IMG/VR virus record: IMGVR_UViG_3300025858_001097 | Length of the DNA: 64,000 nt | Reading direction: 5' to 3' (one strand) | Source of the DNA: a virus | Taxonomy: Duplodnaviria; Heunggongvirae; Uroviricota; Caudoviricetes | Part shown: positions 53,629-63,660 of the stretch, piece by piece | How positions within the stretch are numbered: position 1 is the first letter of the stretch | How the letters are laid out: every line of letters starts with the position of its first letter | Program-made: the position numbers and the translations under genes | Notes under the pieces: generated by a model | What the model was told of the DNA's origin: nothing | The model's database searches: none | The model's input: only the letters and a program-made list of their open reading frames with translations

Positions 53629-54198
53629 ATGAAATATAATAACGAAGAGGACGAATTTCTAATAAAGAATTATGAAAATAAAGGACTTTCTTGGTGTTCT
53701 AAAGAATTAAATAGAACAAAATATTCAATCAAAAACAGAGCTAAAATTCTTAAATTGAAAGTCGATAGAAGAGTCGCCAATTCGAATTTTACAAAAGAAG
53801 ATATAGATTTTTTATGCAATAATTATTCTACTATGGGAACTGAAATCATTTCGGTAAAATTAAATAAATCTAAAAGACAAATTAGAAGGAAAATCAATGA
53901 ATTAAAACTAAGAGTAAACAAAGATTATATTAGTGAAATTCATAGAAAAGTAACGCAAAATTATTGGAATAATTTTGAAAAACCATTTAATAAATTTAAA
54001 GTCAACCCTGAAAATTTCATGAAACCATCAACACCAGAAGTATCCTATATACTAGGAATTTTATGGGCGGACGGTTTTATTAAAAACAGCGGGAAAGGAA
54101 AGGAGAATTCAGTCGGAATTGAAAATTTAACTGACGATGTACTCGATATTAAATGGATTTTTGATAAAACCGGAATTATCTTTTACTGGAAATTATGA
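53629..54198 (+). CDS. LAGLIDADG-type homing endonuclease remnant with two N-terminal HTH (NUMOD1-like) motifs
   Basis: ILGILWADGF (LAGLIDADG-like) about 40 aa from the C-terminus; only 189 aa, so probably truncated. Confidence 0.45.
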   Translation: MKYNNEEDEFLIKNYENKGLSWCSKELNRTKYSIKNRAKILKLKVDRRVANSNFTKEDIDFLCNNYSTMGTEIISVKLNKSKRQIRRKINELKLRVNKDYISEIHRKVTQNYWNNFEKPFNKFKVNPENFMKPSTPEVSYILGILWADGFIKNSGKGKENSVGIENLTDDVLDIKWIFDKTGIIFYWKL

Positions 54199-54224
54199 GC
54201 AAGATTGGAAATGAAATTTTATAA

Positions 54225-54974
54225 TTATATGTCCATTTTATGAAATTCCGTTTTCACACCTAAACAATCGCAAAAAGTCAATTTGGTTAAATCATGAAAA
54301 TCGTATGTTTTTATTTCAGGTACAGGGTTGTGACCTATTAGCTGATGATAACCAGGTAAAGGCTTTGTATAGATTTCTTGTTTACCAGCCCAAAGTGGTC
54401 CTCCAACTTTATCATGTCCTCCGCGTAAATGACCTACCATAAAAATAGGATCATAATTAAATTCAAACATCAAATTTAAAATATCAGCGATGTTCTTACA
54501 ATCATCTAAATATGGAGTAAAACGATTGTTAGTTTTTCTGTCTAAAACAGGTTGAACAAAATATTGCCACCAACCACGATGAATTCCAGCGTGAGTCCAG
54601 ATATTATATCCTTCTTGATAAGCTAACTGAAATAAATTACGATTTTCACGAAATAATTCATTTAAGTCGTGATACATCTCGGGGCGAAATCCGCTAATAT
54701 TTTCATTTCTTACATAAGCTATTTCATGATTTCCCCACAGCAAAACAACATTATCTGGATAATCTTTTTTTAATTGAATGATTTCCAATAAATTATCTAA
54801 AATTTGATCGTTTGTTCTCTCATAAGCATCAACATAATCACCCAAGAAAACAACTTTATCTATAGCCATTCCTAGACGGCAATACATGATTTCATCAGTA
54901 TCTTCATTGATACGATAAACCGCGTTTTTCCATCTATCGCGACCATGAACGTCACCTATTGTAACAATTCGCAT
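54225..54974 (-). CDS. calcineurin-like metallophosphoesterase (Ser/Thr phosphatase-like)
   Basis: GDVHG, GDYVD and GNHE motifs. Confidence 0.75.
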   Translation of the reverse strand: MRIVTIGDVHGRDRWKNAVYRINEDTDEIMYCRLGMAIDKVVFLGDYVDAYERTNDQILDNLLEIIQLKKDYPDNVVLLWGNHEIAYVRNENISGFRPEMYHDLNELFRENRNLFQLAYQEGYNIWTHAGIHRGWWQYFVQPVLDRKTNNRFTPYLDDCKNIADILNLMFEFNYDPIFMVGHLRGGHDKVGGPLWAGKQEIYTKPLPGYHQLIGHNPVPEIKTYDFHDLTKLTFCDCLGVKTEFHKMDI

Positions 54975-55023
54975 ATTATTAGAGATTTAAGCAAATTTAA
55001 GAAAAATATTGAAATCTAAAAAA

Positions 55024-56079
55024 TTATTCTTGTTTTATTTCCACTTCTTTAGATTCAGCTTTAGTTTTTTCTTCGTCTTCTCTTTCTGTAACATATTTTC
55101 TGGGGCATTCTGCATGATAGGTATTATTCCATTGATAATTTCTATAAGGCTGTGGTAATCTTGTATAGTTGTCTGTTAATAAATTATGCTCGAAATTAAC
55201 ATACATCGAATCAAACGGACAATAATTCAGGAATCTGGTTTCTAATGATATTAAGAGGGTAGAGTAGTTTGGAGCGGTTGATTTTTCAATAGCGTTATAT
55301 TTATTTCTTAAATATTCTCTTATCATAATATCATATTTTCCCCCCACTCCATAAGCATTACCCCACACTGTATGAACTTCGCCCTTTTTCCAATCTCCAA
55401 CGGTTTCTACTTGTGGACCTTGTTGGAACGATCTACGTGCTACTATAACATCATTATCCCAAACAACAGCGACTCCACAATTATCTGGATTTTTTGTATA
55501 AATGTGAAATTGTGCTAAAGTTGGTTCTGGATAATTTCCAAACGCATTCTCGGCTTGTTTGAAATTAGCACAACTATAACCAAAATTTTTTATAAGTTCG
55601 TTGTTGTAATTGTAACCTCTGAGAAGTTCTTCGCCTCTATATTCTACAACTCGAGCGGATTTGTTTTTTATTTCAATGTTCCATTTATTTATAAAAGACT
55701 CTAAATCAACTGGTTTAATATAACTGTTTAAATAAGCTTCATTATACACTTCACGTAAAACTTTTGTTGATTTCATTTTAACTCTGCGCGGTGATGTCCA
55801 TAAATTTCCTTCGCTGAAAAAACGCGGTTTAATAAAAGAGATATTTCCTTCAGCGTCAACATCAAAATAATCTGGAGGTTCTTTTGTTGAATATTTTCTT
55901 TCAATACCTTCTTTTAATCTCAAATAAAATTCAGCCACTTTATATTCGTTTTTCATTGGCATTAAAATTTTCAAAAGTTTATTGGATATTTGAAAGAATA
56001 TCTTTTCATCTGGATCTTTTGGAGGAAGATCAGATTGAATTTGCTCATTAAGAAAATCTAAATAGTGTTTTATTATCAT
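55024..56079 (-). CDS. paralogous family member E (divergent)
   Basis: FGYSCANF, KNPDNCGV, ARR..QQG, YCPFD blocks; aligns with 56098 and more distantly with members A-D. Confidence 0.55.
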   Translation of the reverse strand: MIIKHYLDFLNEQIQSDLPPKDPDEKIFFQISNKLLKILMPMKNEYKVAEFYLRLKEGIERKYSTKEPPDYFDVDAEGNISFIKPRFFSEGNLWTSPRRVKMKSTKVLREVYNEAYLNSYIKPVDLESFINKWNIEIKNKSARVVEYRGEELLRGYNYNNELIKNFGYSCANFKQAENAFGNYPEPTLAQFHIYTKNPDNCGVAVVWDNDVIVARRSFQQGPQVETVGDWKKGEVHTVWGNAYGVGGKYDIMIREYLRNKYNAIEKSTAPNYSTLLISLETRFLNYCPFDSMYVNFEHNLLTDNYTRLPQPYRNYQWNNTYHAECPRKYVTEREDEEKTKAESKEVEIKQE

Positions 56080-56097
56080 TTCATTATTATTGTTTTT

Positions 56098-57126
56098 TTA
56101 CCCCATACTTAATCCTCTTGTAAAATAATATGGATCTCTTTCAAAATTTAAATCTGGTTCTGGTTTTGGTTCGTTTAGATGTTTTTCTTCTTCTATTCTT
56201 TTTTTAACAAGTTTTGTAGGACAACTTGCTCCATAAGCTCTTGTCCATTTATGATTTCCTCCTCCACCATCGGATAATAAATTATCTTCAAAACACACTT
56301 CCATTCCATCGAAAGGAGGGTATGTAAGAAATCTGGTTTCAAATTTAATAATAAAAGATCCATCTTTTGTATGCATTCCATTGGCGTTGTATTCTTCCCT
56401 TAAATAATCTCTTATCATAACGTCATACACACCACCACATCCATAATGATTTCCATAAACAGTATAATATTGTCCTTTTTTATAATATCCTCTATTTTCA
56501 ACTTGAATTCCTTGTTGATAAGTTCTTCTTCCCATTATTTTTCCTTTATCGACAACTACCACAACTCCACAATTATCTGGATTTTTAACATAAACATCAT
56601 AAATATTGGTGTTTCTACCTTTATACCAATTAGCGCAAGAAAGACCGAAATTAGAAGATAACTCTCCTGTTACACCATAAGCTCTAAGAACATCTTCACC
56701 TCTTAGATCTTCTATGTGAGGTTTGTTATCTTCTTTTCTGTGTAATATCGACCACTTATTTACAAAAGCTTCGATATCAGTTTGCTTTATCTGACTATTT
56801 ATATAAGACTCGTTGTATATGTCGCGTAATATTTTTGAAGCTTTAGATTTTTGTCTTCTTTGTGAAGAAAATTCATTTCCTTTAAATTCTTCAAAATATC
56901 TAGATTTTAAAAAACTTATATTTCCTTCTGTGTCAACATCTAAAAAATCAACTGGATCTGTCACCAAATATTTCCTATCTACTCCTTCTTTCAAGCTAAT
57001 AAGAAGCATGGCTACTTTATATTCATCCATCATTTTTGTGAGATCTTTCACTAAATTTTGAGATAAATTAAAGACTCTTCTATCTTCAACTTGCTCATTT
57101 ATAAATCTATCAAATCTAGTTATCAT
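56098..57126 (-). CDS. paralogous family member F (divergent)
   Basis: FGLSCANW, KNPDNCGV, GRR..QQG, YPPFD. Confidence 0.55.
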   Translation of the reverse strand: MITRFDRFINEQVEDRRVFNLSQNLVKDLTKMMDEYKVAMLLISLKEGVDRKYLVTDPVDFLDVDTEGNISFLKSRYFEEFKGNEFSSQRRQKSKASKILRDIYNESYINSQIKQTDIEAFVNKWSILHRKEDNKPHIEDLRGEDVLRAYGVTGELSSNFGLSCANWYKGRNTNIYDVYVKNPDNCGVVVVVDKGKIMGRRTYQQGIQVENRGYYKKGQYYTVYGNHYGCGGVYDVMIRDYLREEYNANGMHTKDGSFIIKFETRFLTYPPFDGMEVCFEDNLLSDGGGGNHKWTRAYGASCPTKLVKKRIEEEKHLNEPKPEPDLNFERDPYYFTRGLSMG

Positions 57127-57135
57127 ATTTAATTC

Positions 57136-57375
57136 TTATCTTTTTGCTAGTCCATACAAATATCCATTAACAAAAGTACTGATTATTAATGGAGATTCAC
57201 TTCCCCTGGTCGTAAATACGACTTTTCCCTCAATAGACACACTTCCGTTGGGACCATTCACATTCACGTTAAAACTTGGAACTCTTCTTTGTATCAATCT
57301 ACACATCAGAGTTAAATTTTCAGTGTCTTGTTGAGACCATTCTTCATTTACTTTAAAATCTTCAAAATTTTTCAT
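57136..57375 (-). CDS. hypothetical protein (about 79 aa from the internal ATG)
   Basis: The track ORF starts at a GTG (57420) inside the promoter-like box at 57394-57411, so the real start is probably the ATG at 57373-57375 (M16). Confidence 0.45.
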   Translation of the reverse strand: MKNFEDFKVNEEWSQQDTENLTLMCRLIQRRVPSFNVNVNGPNGSVSIEGKVVFTTRGSESPLIISTFVNGYLYGLAKR

Positions 57376-57475
57376 TAGTTCTTTTATTTTCTTAGTATAT
57401 ATATTAAAAAAATTAAACACATTTTATAAAAGGTAATATAAATAAGAAAATTATGATTTTTATAAAATAATATAT

Positions 57476-57619
57476 ATGAATATGATAAACAAAGAAAAAA
57501 TAACTATTTCCTTAGATAAAGAAATTATAGAAAAATTGGAAAAAATATCTGATGAACAATGCGTTAATAAAAGCAAATTCATAAATAAAATATTAAAAGA
57601 ACATTTTAAAAAATTATGA
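57476..57619 (+). CDS. ribbon-helix-helix (CopG/Arc-like) small DNA-binding protein, 47 aa
   Basis: Manual translation: MNMINKEKITISLDKEIIEKLEKISDEQCVNKSKFINKILKEHFKKL. A beta-strand plus two helices. Its stop overlaps the ATG of 57616 (ATGA). Confidence 0.45.
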   Translation: MNMINKEKITISLDKEIIEKLEKISDEQCVNKSKFINKILKEHFKKL

Positions 57620-59268
57620 TATTGTCAGAAAAAATTGATATAACGATATCAGCCAATAATAAAAAACATTATTTACAATGGTTTGATGATATCAAAGTAG
57701 GTGATAAGAAACAAGTATCTATCGAAATGATTCCTACGGGAAGTCATAAAATAATTACTTGTAAATGTGATATTTGTGGCGATGAAAAAAATATTCCATA
57801 TCGAGATTACATTAAGAGTTTAAATAATGGTAATATTTTTACATGCAATAAATGTAAAGATTTTAAAGTCAAAAAAACTAATCTGGAAAAATATGGAGCA
57901 AAAAATTATTATAACAAAGAAAAAAGTAAAAGAACATGTTTAGAAAAATATGGTGTCGAAAACGTTTTTCAAAATGAGGGCATAAAGAAAAGAATAAAGG
58001 AAAATAATTTGGAAAAATATGGAGTTGAATATACTTCACAAACAGAACATAATAAAAAGAAGTCGAAAGAAACTTGTATAGAGAAATATGGCGTAGAGCA
58101 TCATTTAAAAAACAAAGATATTTTAGATAAGCAACATCAAACTAATTTGGAGAGATATGGAGTCGAACACACTTCTCAAAATAAAGAGGTGATGAAAAAA
58201 ATAATAGAAAATTCAAAAAAGACAAGAAAAGAAACATTTTTAAATAAATATAAAAATAATCCAAATATTTTAGAAATAGATTACGAGAATAAAATTTTTA
58301 AAATGACATGTAACAAAGGTCATGTCTTTGAAATAAATTTTGGTCTATTTCATAATAGAAAAGTCTTGAAAAACGAATTTTGTGTCGTTTGTAATCCAAT
58401 AGATTCATCAACGAGTGATCTAGAAAATCAATTATTAAAATTCATCGGAGAAAATTATAATGGAACAATTAAAAAAAATAAAAAAATTCTAGAAGATTTC
58501 GAAATAGATATTTATCTGCCAGATTTAAAACTTGGATTTGAATTTAACGGATTATACTGGCATAGCGAATTGTTCAAAGATAAAAAATATCATCTAAATA
58601 AAACCGAAGAATCTGAAAGAAACGGAATAAAATTGATTCACATTTATGAGGACGACTGGTTATATAAACAAGAAATAGTAAAATCTAGAATATTAAATCT
58701 TTTGGGCAAATCCGAAAAAATTCACGCTAGAAAATGTGAAATTAAAGAAATAGAAAACAATGATTTGATTAGAGAATTTCTCAATAAGAATCATTTACAA
58801 GGATTCGTTGGGTCAAAAGTAAAAATAGGACTATTTTATAACGATGAGTTAGTTTCTTTGATGACGTTTGGTGCTCTTAGAAAATCCTTGGGACAATCAA
58901 AAGTAAAAGATGTTTATGAAATGATAAGATTTTGTAATAAATTAAATACCAATGTAATAGGAGGGGCTGGTCGCATGTTTAAATATTTTATAGAAAAATA
59001 TAATCCCAAAGAAATTATAAGTTATGCAGATAGAAGTTGGTCATCCGGTGGTTTATATGAGAAACTAGAATTTAAATTGGTGCATAAAACGAGGCCAAAT
59101 TATTATTATTTTAAAAATAAAAACAAATATCATAGATTTAACTTTAGAAAAGATATTTTAATAAAAAACGGAGCTGATCCAAATAAAACAGAGTACGATA
59201 TAATTGTTGAGAAAGGATATTATAGAATATATGACTCTGGAAATCTAAAATTTATCTGGACATCTTAA
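57616..59268 (+). CDS. homing-endonuclease-like protein: Zn-finger N-terminus, KYG(V)E tandem repeats, DUF559/Vsr-like nuclease core (EFNGLYWH) and a C-terminal domain
   Basis: Five or more repeats of about 22 aa containing LEKYGVE; IDIYLPDLKLGFEFNGLYWHSE; paralogous at its N-terminus and repeats to 61385..62275. Confidence 0.55.
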   Translation: MILSEKIDITISANNKKHYLQWFDDIKVGDKKQVSIEMIPTGSHKIITCKCDICGDEKNIPYRDYIKSLNNGNIFTCNKCKDFKVKKTNLEKYGAKNYYNKEKSKRTCLEKYGVENVFQNEGIKKRIKENNLEKYGVEYTSQTEHNKKKSKETCIEKYGVEHHLKNKDILDKQHQTNLERYGVEHTSQNKEVMKKIIENSKKTRKETFLNKYKNNPNILEIDYENKIFKMTCNKGHVFEINFGLFHNRKVLKNEFCVVCNPIDSSTSDLENQLLKFIGENYNGTIKKNKKILEDFEIDIYLPDLKLGFEFNGLYWHSELFKDKKYHLNKTEESERNGIKLIHIYEDDWLYKQEIVKSRILNLLGKSEKIHARKCEIKEIENNDLIREFLNKNHLQGFVGSKVKIGLFYNDELVSLMTFGALRKSLGQSKVKDVYEMIRFCNKLNTNVIGGAGRMFKYFIEKYNPKEIISYADRSWSSGGLYEKLEFKLVHKTRPNYYYFKNKNKYHRFNFRKDILIKNGADPNKTEYDIIVEKGYYRIYDSGNLKFIWTS

Positions 59269-60013
59269 ACCAAGATACGGTGCTTTGTTCCTTTATATAA
59301 GTTTTTACTTCTTCTACCATTTCTTTTCCTTGTGTGATAATATCATTAGCGTTATAAGTAAAGTTACCTGGCATGTTGAAATTAAAACGACCAATCAATT
59401 CGCCCATTCTGCTTCTACACATTCCAATAACAAATCTTTTAAACATTTCAAAATCAAATAATTCTTCTTCTTGAATTCTTACCCAGCATTCCAACATTAA
59501 ATTGGATTGATCTTTAATTTCTGATAAAAAGTGCAATCTTTTGTTTATGTGATTGTAGTTATGAGCTATGGTGTTTTTTGTAAGTTTATTAATTTCATCA
59601 GCAAAATAACTAATAGTAGATCTATAAAGCGCCAAATCACCAGCTGTAGTTACAAAAGAAGTCAAGAATGGTTGATTGGTTACACCAAGATTGATGGATA
59701 GATTTGGCGCTTGAATACCTAATCTGAACAAAGATGTATCTTCCATTTTCACTATCTTTGTTATATTTTCAACTTCCTCGGGTAATTGAAAATATTGAAA
59801 CATCGCATATGTTTCTCTCGCCAGTTTGTCATATTTTAGAAAATAATAAAATTTTTGAACTGCGTATTGATAATTCTTATAAAACCACTCCAGAGCAATT
59901 TCTTTAATAACACGTCTAACTTCTTGATCGGGAAGAACTTTTGGAAGTGATCCAGAGAATGTTAAATCCTGTTGTACAATATCTATTAACTGCTCAAATG
60001 TTATTGAAGCCAT
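59252..60013 (-). CDS. hypothetical protein (253 aa)
   Basis: ORF track; promoter box 60031-60047. Confidence 0.5.
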   Translation of the reverse strand: MASITFEQLIDIVQQDLTFSGSLPKVLPDQEVRRVIKEIALEWFYKNYQYAVQKFYYFLKYDKLARETYAMFQYFQLPEEVENITKIVKMEDTSLFRLGIQAPNLSINLGVTNQPFLTSFVTTAGDLALYRSTISYFADEINKLTKNTIAHNYNHINKRLHFLSEIKDQSNLMLECWVRIQEEELFDFEMFKRFVIGMCRSRMGELIGRFNFNMPGNFTYNANDIITQGKEMVEEVKTYIKEQSTVSWFKMSR

Positions 60014-60030
60014 GTAATAATGTCTTTTTT

Positions 60031-60047
60031 TCTATATATTAATTTTT
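60031..60047 (-). promoter_or_regulatory. promoter-like box upstream of 59252..60013
   Basis: tctatatattaattttt. Confidence 0.4.
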
Positions 60048-60482
60048 ATTATCTAAATATTTTTTAATTACAAAATCAAATAAATCTTTGTGTTTATTAA
60101 AATAATCATGTATTGGAATTAATAGAATATCTAGAACAATACGATATATATTGTCATCGTCTATTTTTTTAATGTTACCTTTTTTTATATTATAAGAAGG
60201 TCTGAATTCGAAATCCGATATCATATCCCACTCTCCGATTGTTCCAAAATAAACATATTCATTATCTCGTATTTTTAAATAAATTTCAAAAGATGCTGAT
60301 GTTAGAACAATTCGCGTTTTAGAAGTTTTTTTTACATATAAAGAGTTATCTAATTCTTTAAAATCAATTTCATCCCAGTCTTCCTCGCCATAAGGATCTA
60401 ATGGATTATATGCGATAATTCGTTTTTTATTTCCAATAAATTTCAATTCTTCTGATATAACAAATTCTTCAAAAGTTACCAT
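60039..60482 (-). CDS. hypothetical protein with an N-terminal DPYGEEDW motif
   Basis: AYNPLDPYGEEDWDEIDF. Confidence 0.5.
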   Translation of the reverse strand: MVTFEEFVISEELKFIGNKKRIIAYNPLDPYGEEDWDEIDFKELDNSLYVKKTSKTRIVLTSASFEIYLKIRDNEYVYFGTIGEWDMISDFEFRPSYNIKKGNIKKIDDDNIYRIVLDILLIPIHDYFNKHKDLFDFVIKKYLDNKN

Positions 60483-60498
60483 TTCTTCTAATTTGCCT

Positions 60499-60747
60499 TT
60501 ATTCCACCATCTTATTTTGGGAGTAAAAAATTCTTTTTTTTAATTCAAAATGACCGAGAGTCATTCTCATGTCTTTTTGTACATCATTTTCAAATTTTAT
60601 CGTAGCAATATGTCCACCTGGACGAATTTTTACTATTTCCCCTATTCCAGGATCATCTTGATATCCTACAAGACCCGTGTATCTTACAATATCCCCAACT
60701 TGTAATAAATCGACATTATCTACTGTTATTCTAATCCATCTTTTCAT
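60499..60747 (-). CDS. hypothetical small beta-rich protein
   Basis: The track start at 60750 is a TTG; an ATG lies at 60745-60747; promoter-like box at 60751-60768. Confidence 0.5.
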   Translation of the reverse strand: MKRWIRITVDNVDLLQVGDIVRYTGLVGYQDDPGIGEIVKIRPGGHIATIKFENDVQKDMRMTLGHFELKKRIFYSQNKMVE

Positions 60748-60780
60748 CAACTTTATATATTAAATTTTGAAAAATTTTTT

Positions 60781-60794
60781 TTAATATATAAAAC
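60781..60794 (+). promoter_or_regulatory. promoter-like box upstream of 60807..61406 (its divergent partner box is at 60751-60768)
   Basis: ttaatatataaaac. Confidence 0.4.
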
Positions 60795-60806
60795 TAAAAC
60801 TCGTAA

Positions 60807-61406
60807 ATGAAAATGATAAGATTTTCTGACTACATAAAAGAAGCAGCAAACATAAAAAGCAACGACGGGATACTTGTTATAGTTGATGTTCAAAAACAAT
60901 TTGATAAGTTTACTCCACAGAATTTTGAAGGAAATATTTCAAAATATTGCAAAGAATTTCCAAAAGATGATAACTCGGGCAAAGGAGTCTATCAAATATG
61001 GGACGCTAACAAAGCTCAAAATTTTAGTTACAACTTCCCAAACACTTTACAAGTTATTAAAAAAAATTATGGAACTAAATTTGATAATAGAATAAGGAAA
61101 ATAGCAGAAAATTTATCCAAAAAATATCCAAATGCTAAAGAAGGACAACAATTCAAATTAAAAGATAGCAATTCATTTTTGGTTAGAGTTAACAACAATC
61201 ACAAATGGTTTTATGTCAACGAAGATTTATATAATCTTTATTTGAAATTAAAAGGAAAAACTATTATATTGGTTGGTGGAGCCTCGGAAGAATGTCTCTC
61301 AGATTTATATGTCTCCATGAAATCCTTCGGGATTAATCCAATCTACAACCACGATTATATTTATAGTGCTCAAACCAACGATAATCAGGTAGCTGCCCCC
61401 AAATAA
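60807..61406 (+). CDS. hypothetical protein (199 aa)
   Basis: Promoter-like box TTAATATATAAAAC at 60781-60794. Confidence 0.5.
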   Translation: MKMIRFSDYIKEAANIKSNDGILVIVDVQKQFDKFTPQNFEGNISKYCKEFPKDDNSGKGVYQIWDANKAQNFSYNFPNTLQVIKKNYGTKFDNRIRKIAENLSKKYPNAKEGQQFKLKDSNSFLVRVNNNHKWFYVNEDLYNLYLKLKGKTIILVGGASEECLSDLYVSMKSFGINPIYNHDYIYSAQTNDNQVAAPK

Positions 61407-62275
61407 TCTTCATAATTTCTATTATATTTCTTAGAATTAATACGTCTCTTTGTTAAACACAAATTTTTAATGTCTGCTATATCTTCAGCATTAATTTTAT
61501 TTTTAAATCCCTCAAAAATTGTTATTTTATGATCGATCGTTGGATAATTCCCATCGTGATATGGTAAACTAAAATTATCTCTTATATATTCACCGTCATA
61601 ATAATCTAATCCGTTCCAATTTTCTAATAATTTATTTTTGACTTTTTTTGTCAACGAATAAACTTTACTTTTATATAAATCGAACTCGTTTGTTAAAATA
61701 TTATATCCCATTTTTTTGTGATATTCAAGTCTTTTCTCCGCCATTTCTTTCGACATTTGCGGATGTGGAACACCATAATTTTTCATACTAGTTTCTTCAC
61801 TTTTTCCTTTAAAATCTTTATTTAACACATAATATTCAACACCATGTTTCTCCAACATCGTTTTCTTTCTCTTCTTTTTAATATTTTCACATTTAGAAGG
61901 ATTATCCACTCCATAGTTTTTGATATTAGTTTCTTTGACTCTTTTTTTAGATTCTTCTGTTTTAGAATAATATTCCACTCCAAATTTATTCAAAGAGGTC
62001 AATTTAGCTTTCATTCTACCACATTTTGATCCACAAACATAAATGTTGTGTTTATTGAAACTTTTTAGGTAGTGTCTATACATCAAATCTTTTTCTTTTC
62101 CACAGACATCACATTTAACTTTAACTATACTATGACTTCCTTTGTTTAAATGCTCTACCGGAACTATCAATTTTTCTCCCTTTTTTAGATTTGAATATCC
62201 AAGTGATATAAAATGTTTAAAATTGGCTGAATTTAAAGTCACCTCAGCTTCTTTACTTATTATCATTTTTATCAT
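61385..62275 (-). CDS. HNH homing endonuclease with a Zn-finger N-terminus and KYG(V)E repeats
   Basis: Repeats FGVEYY / NYGVDNP / KHGVEYY / NYGVPHP; C-terminal YHDGNYPTIDHKI...N HNH motif. Confidence 0.6.
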   Translation of the reverse strand: MIKMIISKEAEVTLNSANFKHFISLGYSNLKKGEKLIVPVEHLNKGSHSIVKVKCDVCGKEKDLMYRHYLKSFNKHNIYVCGSKCGRMKAKLTSLNKFGVEYYSKTEESKKRVKETNIKNYGVDNPSKCENIKKKRKKTMLEKHGVEYYVLNKDFKGKSEETSMKNYGVPHPQMSKEMAEKRLEYHKKMGYNILTNEFDLYKSKVYSLTKKVKNKLLENWNGLDYYDGEYIRDNFSLPYHDGNYPTIDHKITIFEGFKNKINAEDIADIKNLCLTKRRINSKKYNRNYEDYLGAAT

Positions 62276-62396
62276 TTTTATTTTTTAAAAATTCTTTTAT
62301 CAATATTTCTGTTAATTTATTAATTTGATATCCATTTTCTTTACAAAAGATTTTGAATTCTTCGTGGGTTTCATTTTCAATGTGTAGAGTTTTCAT
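62253..62396 (-). CDS. ribbon-helix-helix-like small protein, 47 aa, overlapping the start of the HNH gene
   Basis: Manual translation: MKTLHIENETHEEFKIFCKENGYQINKLTEILIKEFLKNKNDKNDNK; promoter-like box at 62412-62429. Confidence 0.4.
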   Translation of the reverse strand: MKTLHIENETHEEFKIFCKENGYQINKLTEILIKEFLKNKNDKNDNK

Positions 62397-62460
62397 ATGA
62401 CGATATTTTATTATTATATATTAAAATAAAAAGTCAAAAAATACCAATTTTGATAGCATA

Positions 62461-62492
62461 AAAAAGGGAACCAAAATTTGGTTCCCTTTTTA
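62461..62492 (-). terminator. intrinsic terminator downstream of the SPFH gene
   Basis: aaaaagggaacc-aaaattt-ggttcccttttt. Confidence 0.6.
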
Positions 62493-62510
62493 ATTGAGGA
62501 CTTCTAATTA

Positions 62511-63545
62511 TTACTGGATTGGCATCATCATTGTCATGTTTGTTCCCTGCCCCATCATATAATTTGGAAGCTGTCCATCCCATTTATTAATCCATTCGAG
62601 AGTAATAATCTTTGGATTTTTATTAATAGCATCTCCCTTGATCTGAAGAGCTTTAGCTTCACCTTCGGCTGTCTGAATGACAATTTCCTTATCAATCTTA
62701 GCCTGAATTAGGAGTTCCGACTTTTGTTTGGTCACTTCAATAAGAGTGAGAGCTTTCTGTTCCTGAACCTTTTTATTCTTGATTTCCTCTTCGTATTTTG
62801 GATCGTAATAAACTTCACGAATGTCTATCTGTTCAAGAATGATACGCCAAGATGCCAATTCTTGCTTCATTTTGGCAAGAACCTTATCCTGAATTTCCTT
62901 ACGTTTCATAGAATAAGTTTGAATAGGAGTATACTCAGAAACAGTCAAAGCGAGACAAGATTTCAGTTTAGCTCTAATAACATTCTCTTCCAACCAAAGA
63001 TAACGACTCGATTCATTTCCATCTTGGGGAGTTACGTTCTGATAAATCCAGGGAGCTTGATTAGCATCGATCTTCCATGATGCAGAAATGTCAAATCCCA
63101 TTTTAATACCTTCTGATGTTGGAGCCCAAATAGCATCGTCATTCTTATCCTGTCCATCTTTTGCCTGTTGAGCGCAGGTGTAAACCCACACAGTCTTATC
63201 CATAATGTGAACATCCCACCAAGGCATTACAACACGCCAACCCGTGTGAAGAGGTTCTTGTTTAACTCCAGTTGGAGTTGTTACAACACCAACACTCTGA
63301 CCATCAATTTTTACAATGAAAATCCAAAAAAGAATTAAAAGAATAAAAGATATTCCTGATATCCATGCAACGGGCACAGTAAAAGGCAAATTAAAAGCCG
63401 GTGGTGCCTGTCTTCCACGATTTCCACCAGCCTCTTGTACCCTCAAGAAATCCTCACGATTCATTTTTGAAACTTTATTGGCGATTCCTCCGCCAATACC
63501 ATAAATTAGCCCAAGAAGAGCTAAAATAACTAATAATGCCATCAT
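62511..63545 (-). CDS. SPFH / band-7 (stomatin/HflKC-like) membrane protein
   Basis: N-terminal TM helix; SPFH core; C-terminal coiled-coil EAKALQIKGDAI. Confidence 0.7.
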   Translation of the reverse strand: MMALLVILALLGLIYGIGGGIANKVSKMNREDFLRVQEAGGNRGRQAPPAFNLPFTVPVAWISGISFILLILFWIFIVKIDGQSVGVVTTPTGVKQEPLHTGWRVVMPWWDVHIMDKTVWVYTCAQQAKDGQDKNDDAIWAPTSEGIKMGFDISASWKIDANQAPWIYQNVTPQDGNESSRYLWLEENVIRAKLKSCLALTVSEYTPIQTYSMKRKEIQDKVLAKMKQELASWRIILEQIDIREVYYDPKYEEEIKNKKVQEQKALTLIEVTKQKSELLIQAKIDKEIVIQTAEGEAKALQIKGDAINKNPKIITLEWINKWDGQLPNYMMGQGTNMTMMMPIQ

Positions 63546-63660
63546 TTTTTATAAAATATTAGAAACGCCTACTCTATTCAACCATTTTCGGCATCCTGGT
63601 TAGAATACAAATGTAAAAAGAAATAAAATATCTGCAAAATAATTTTAAGAAAAAAATTTA

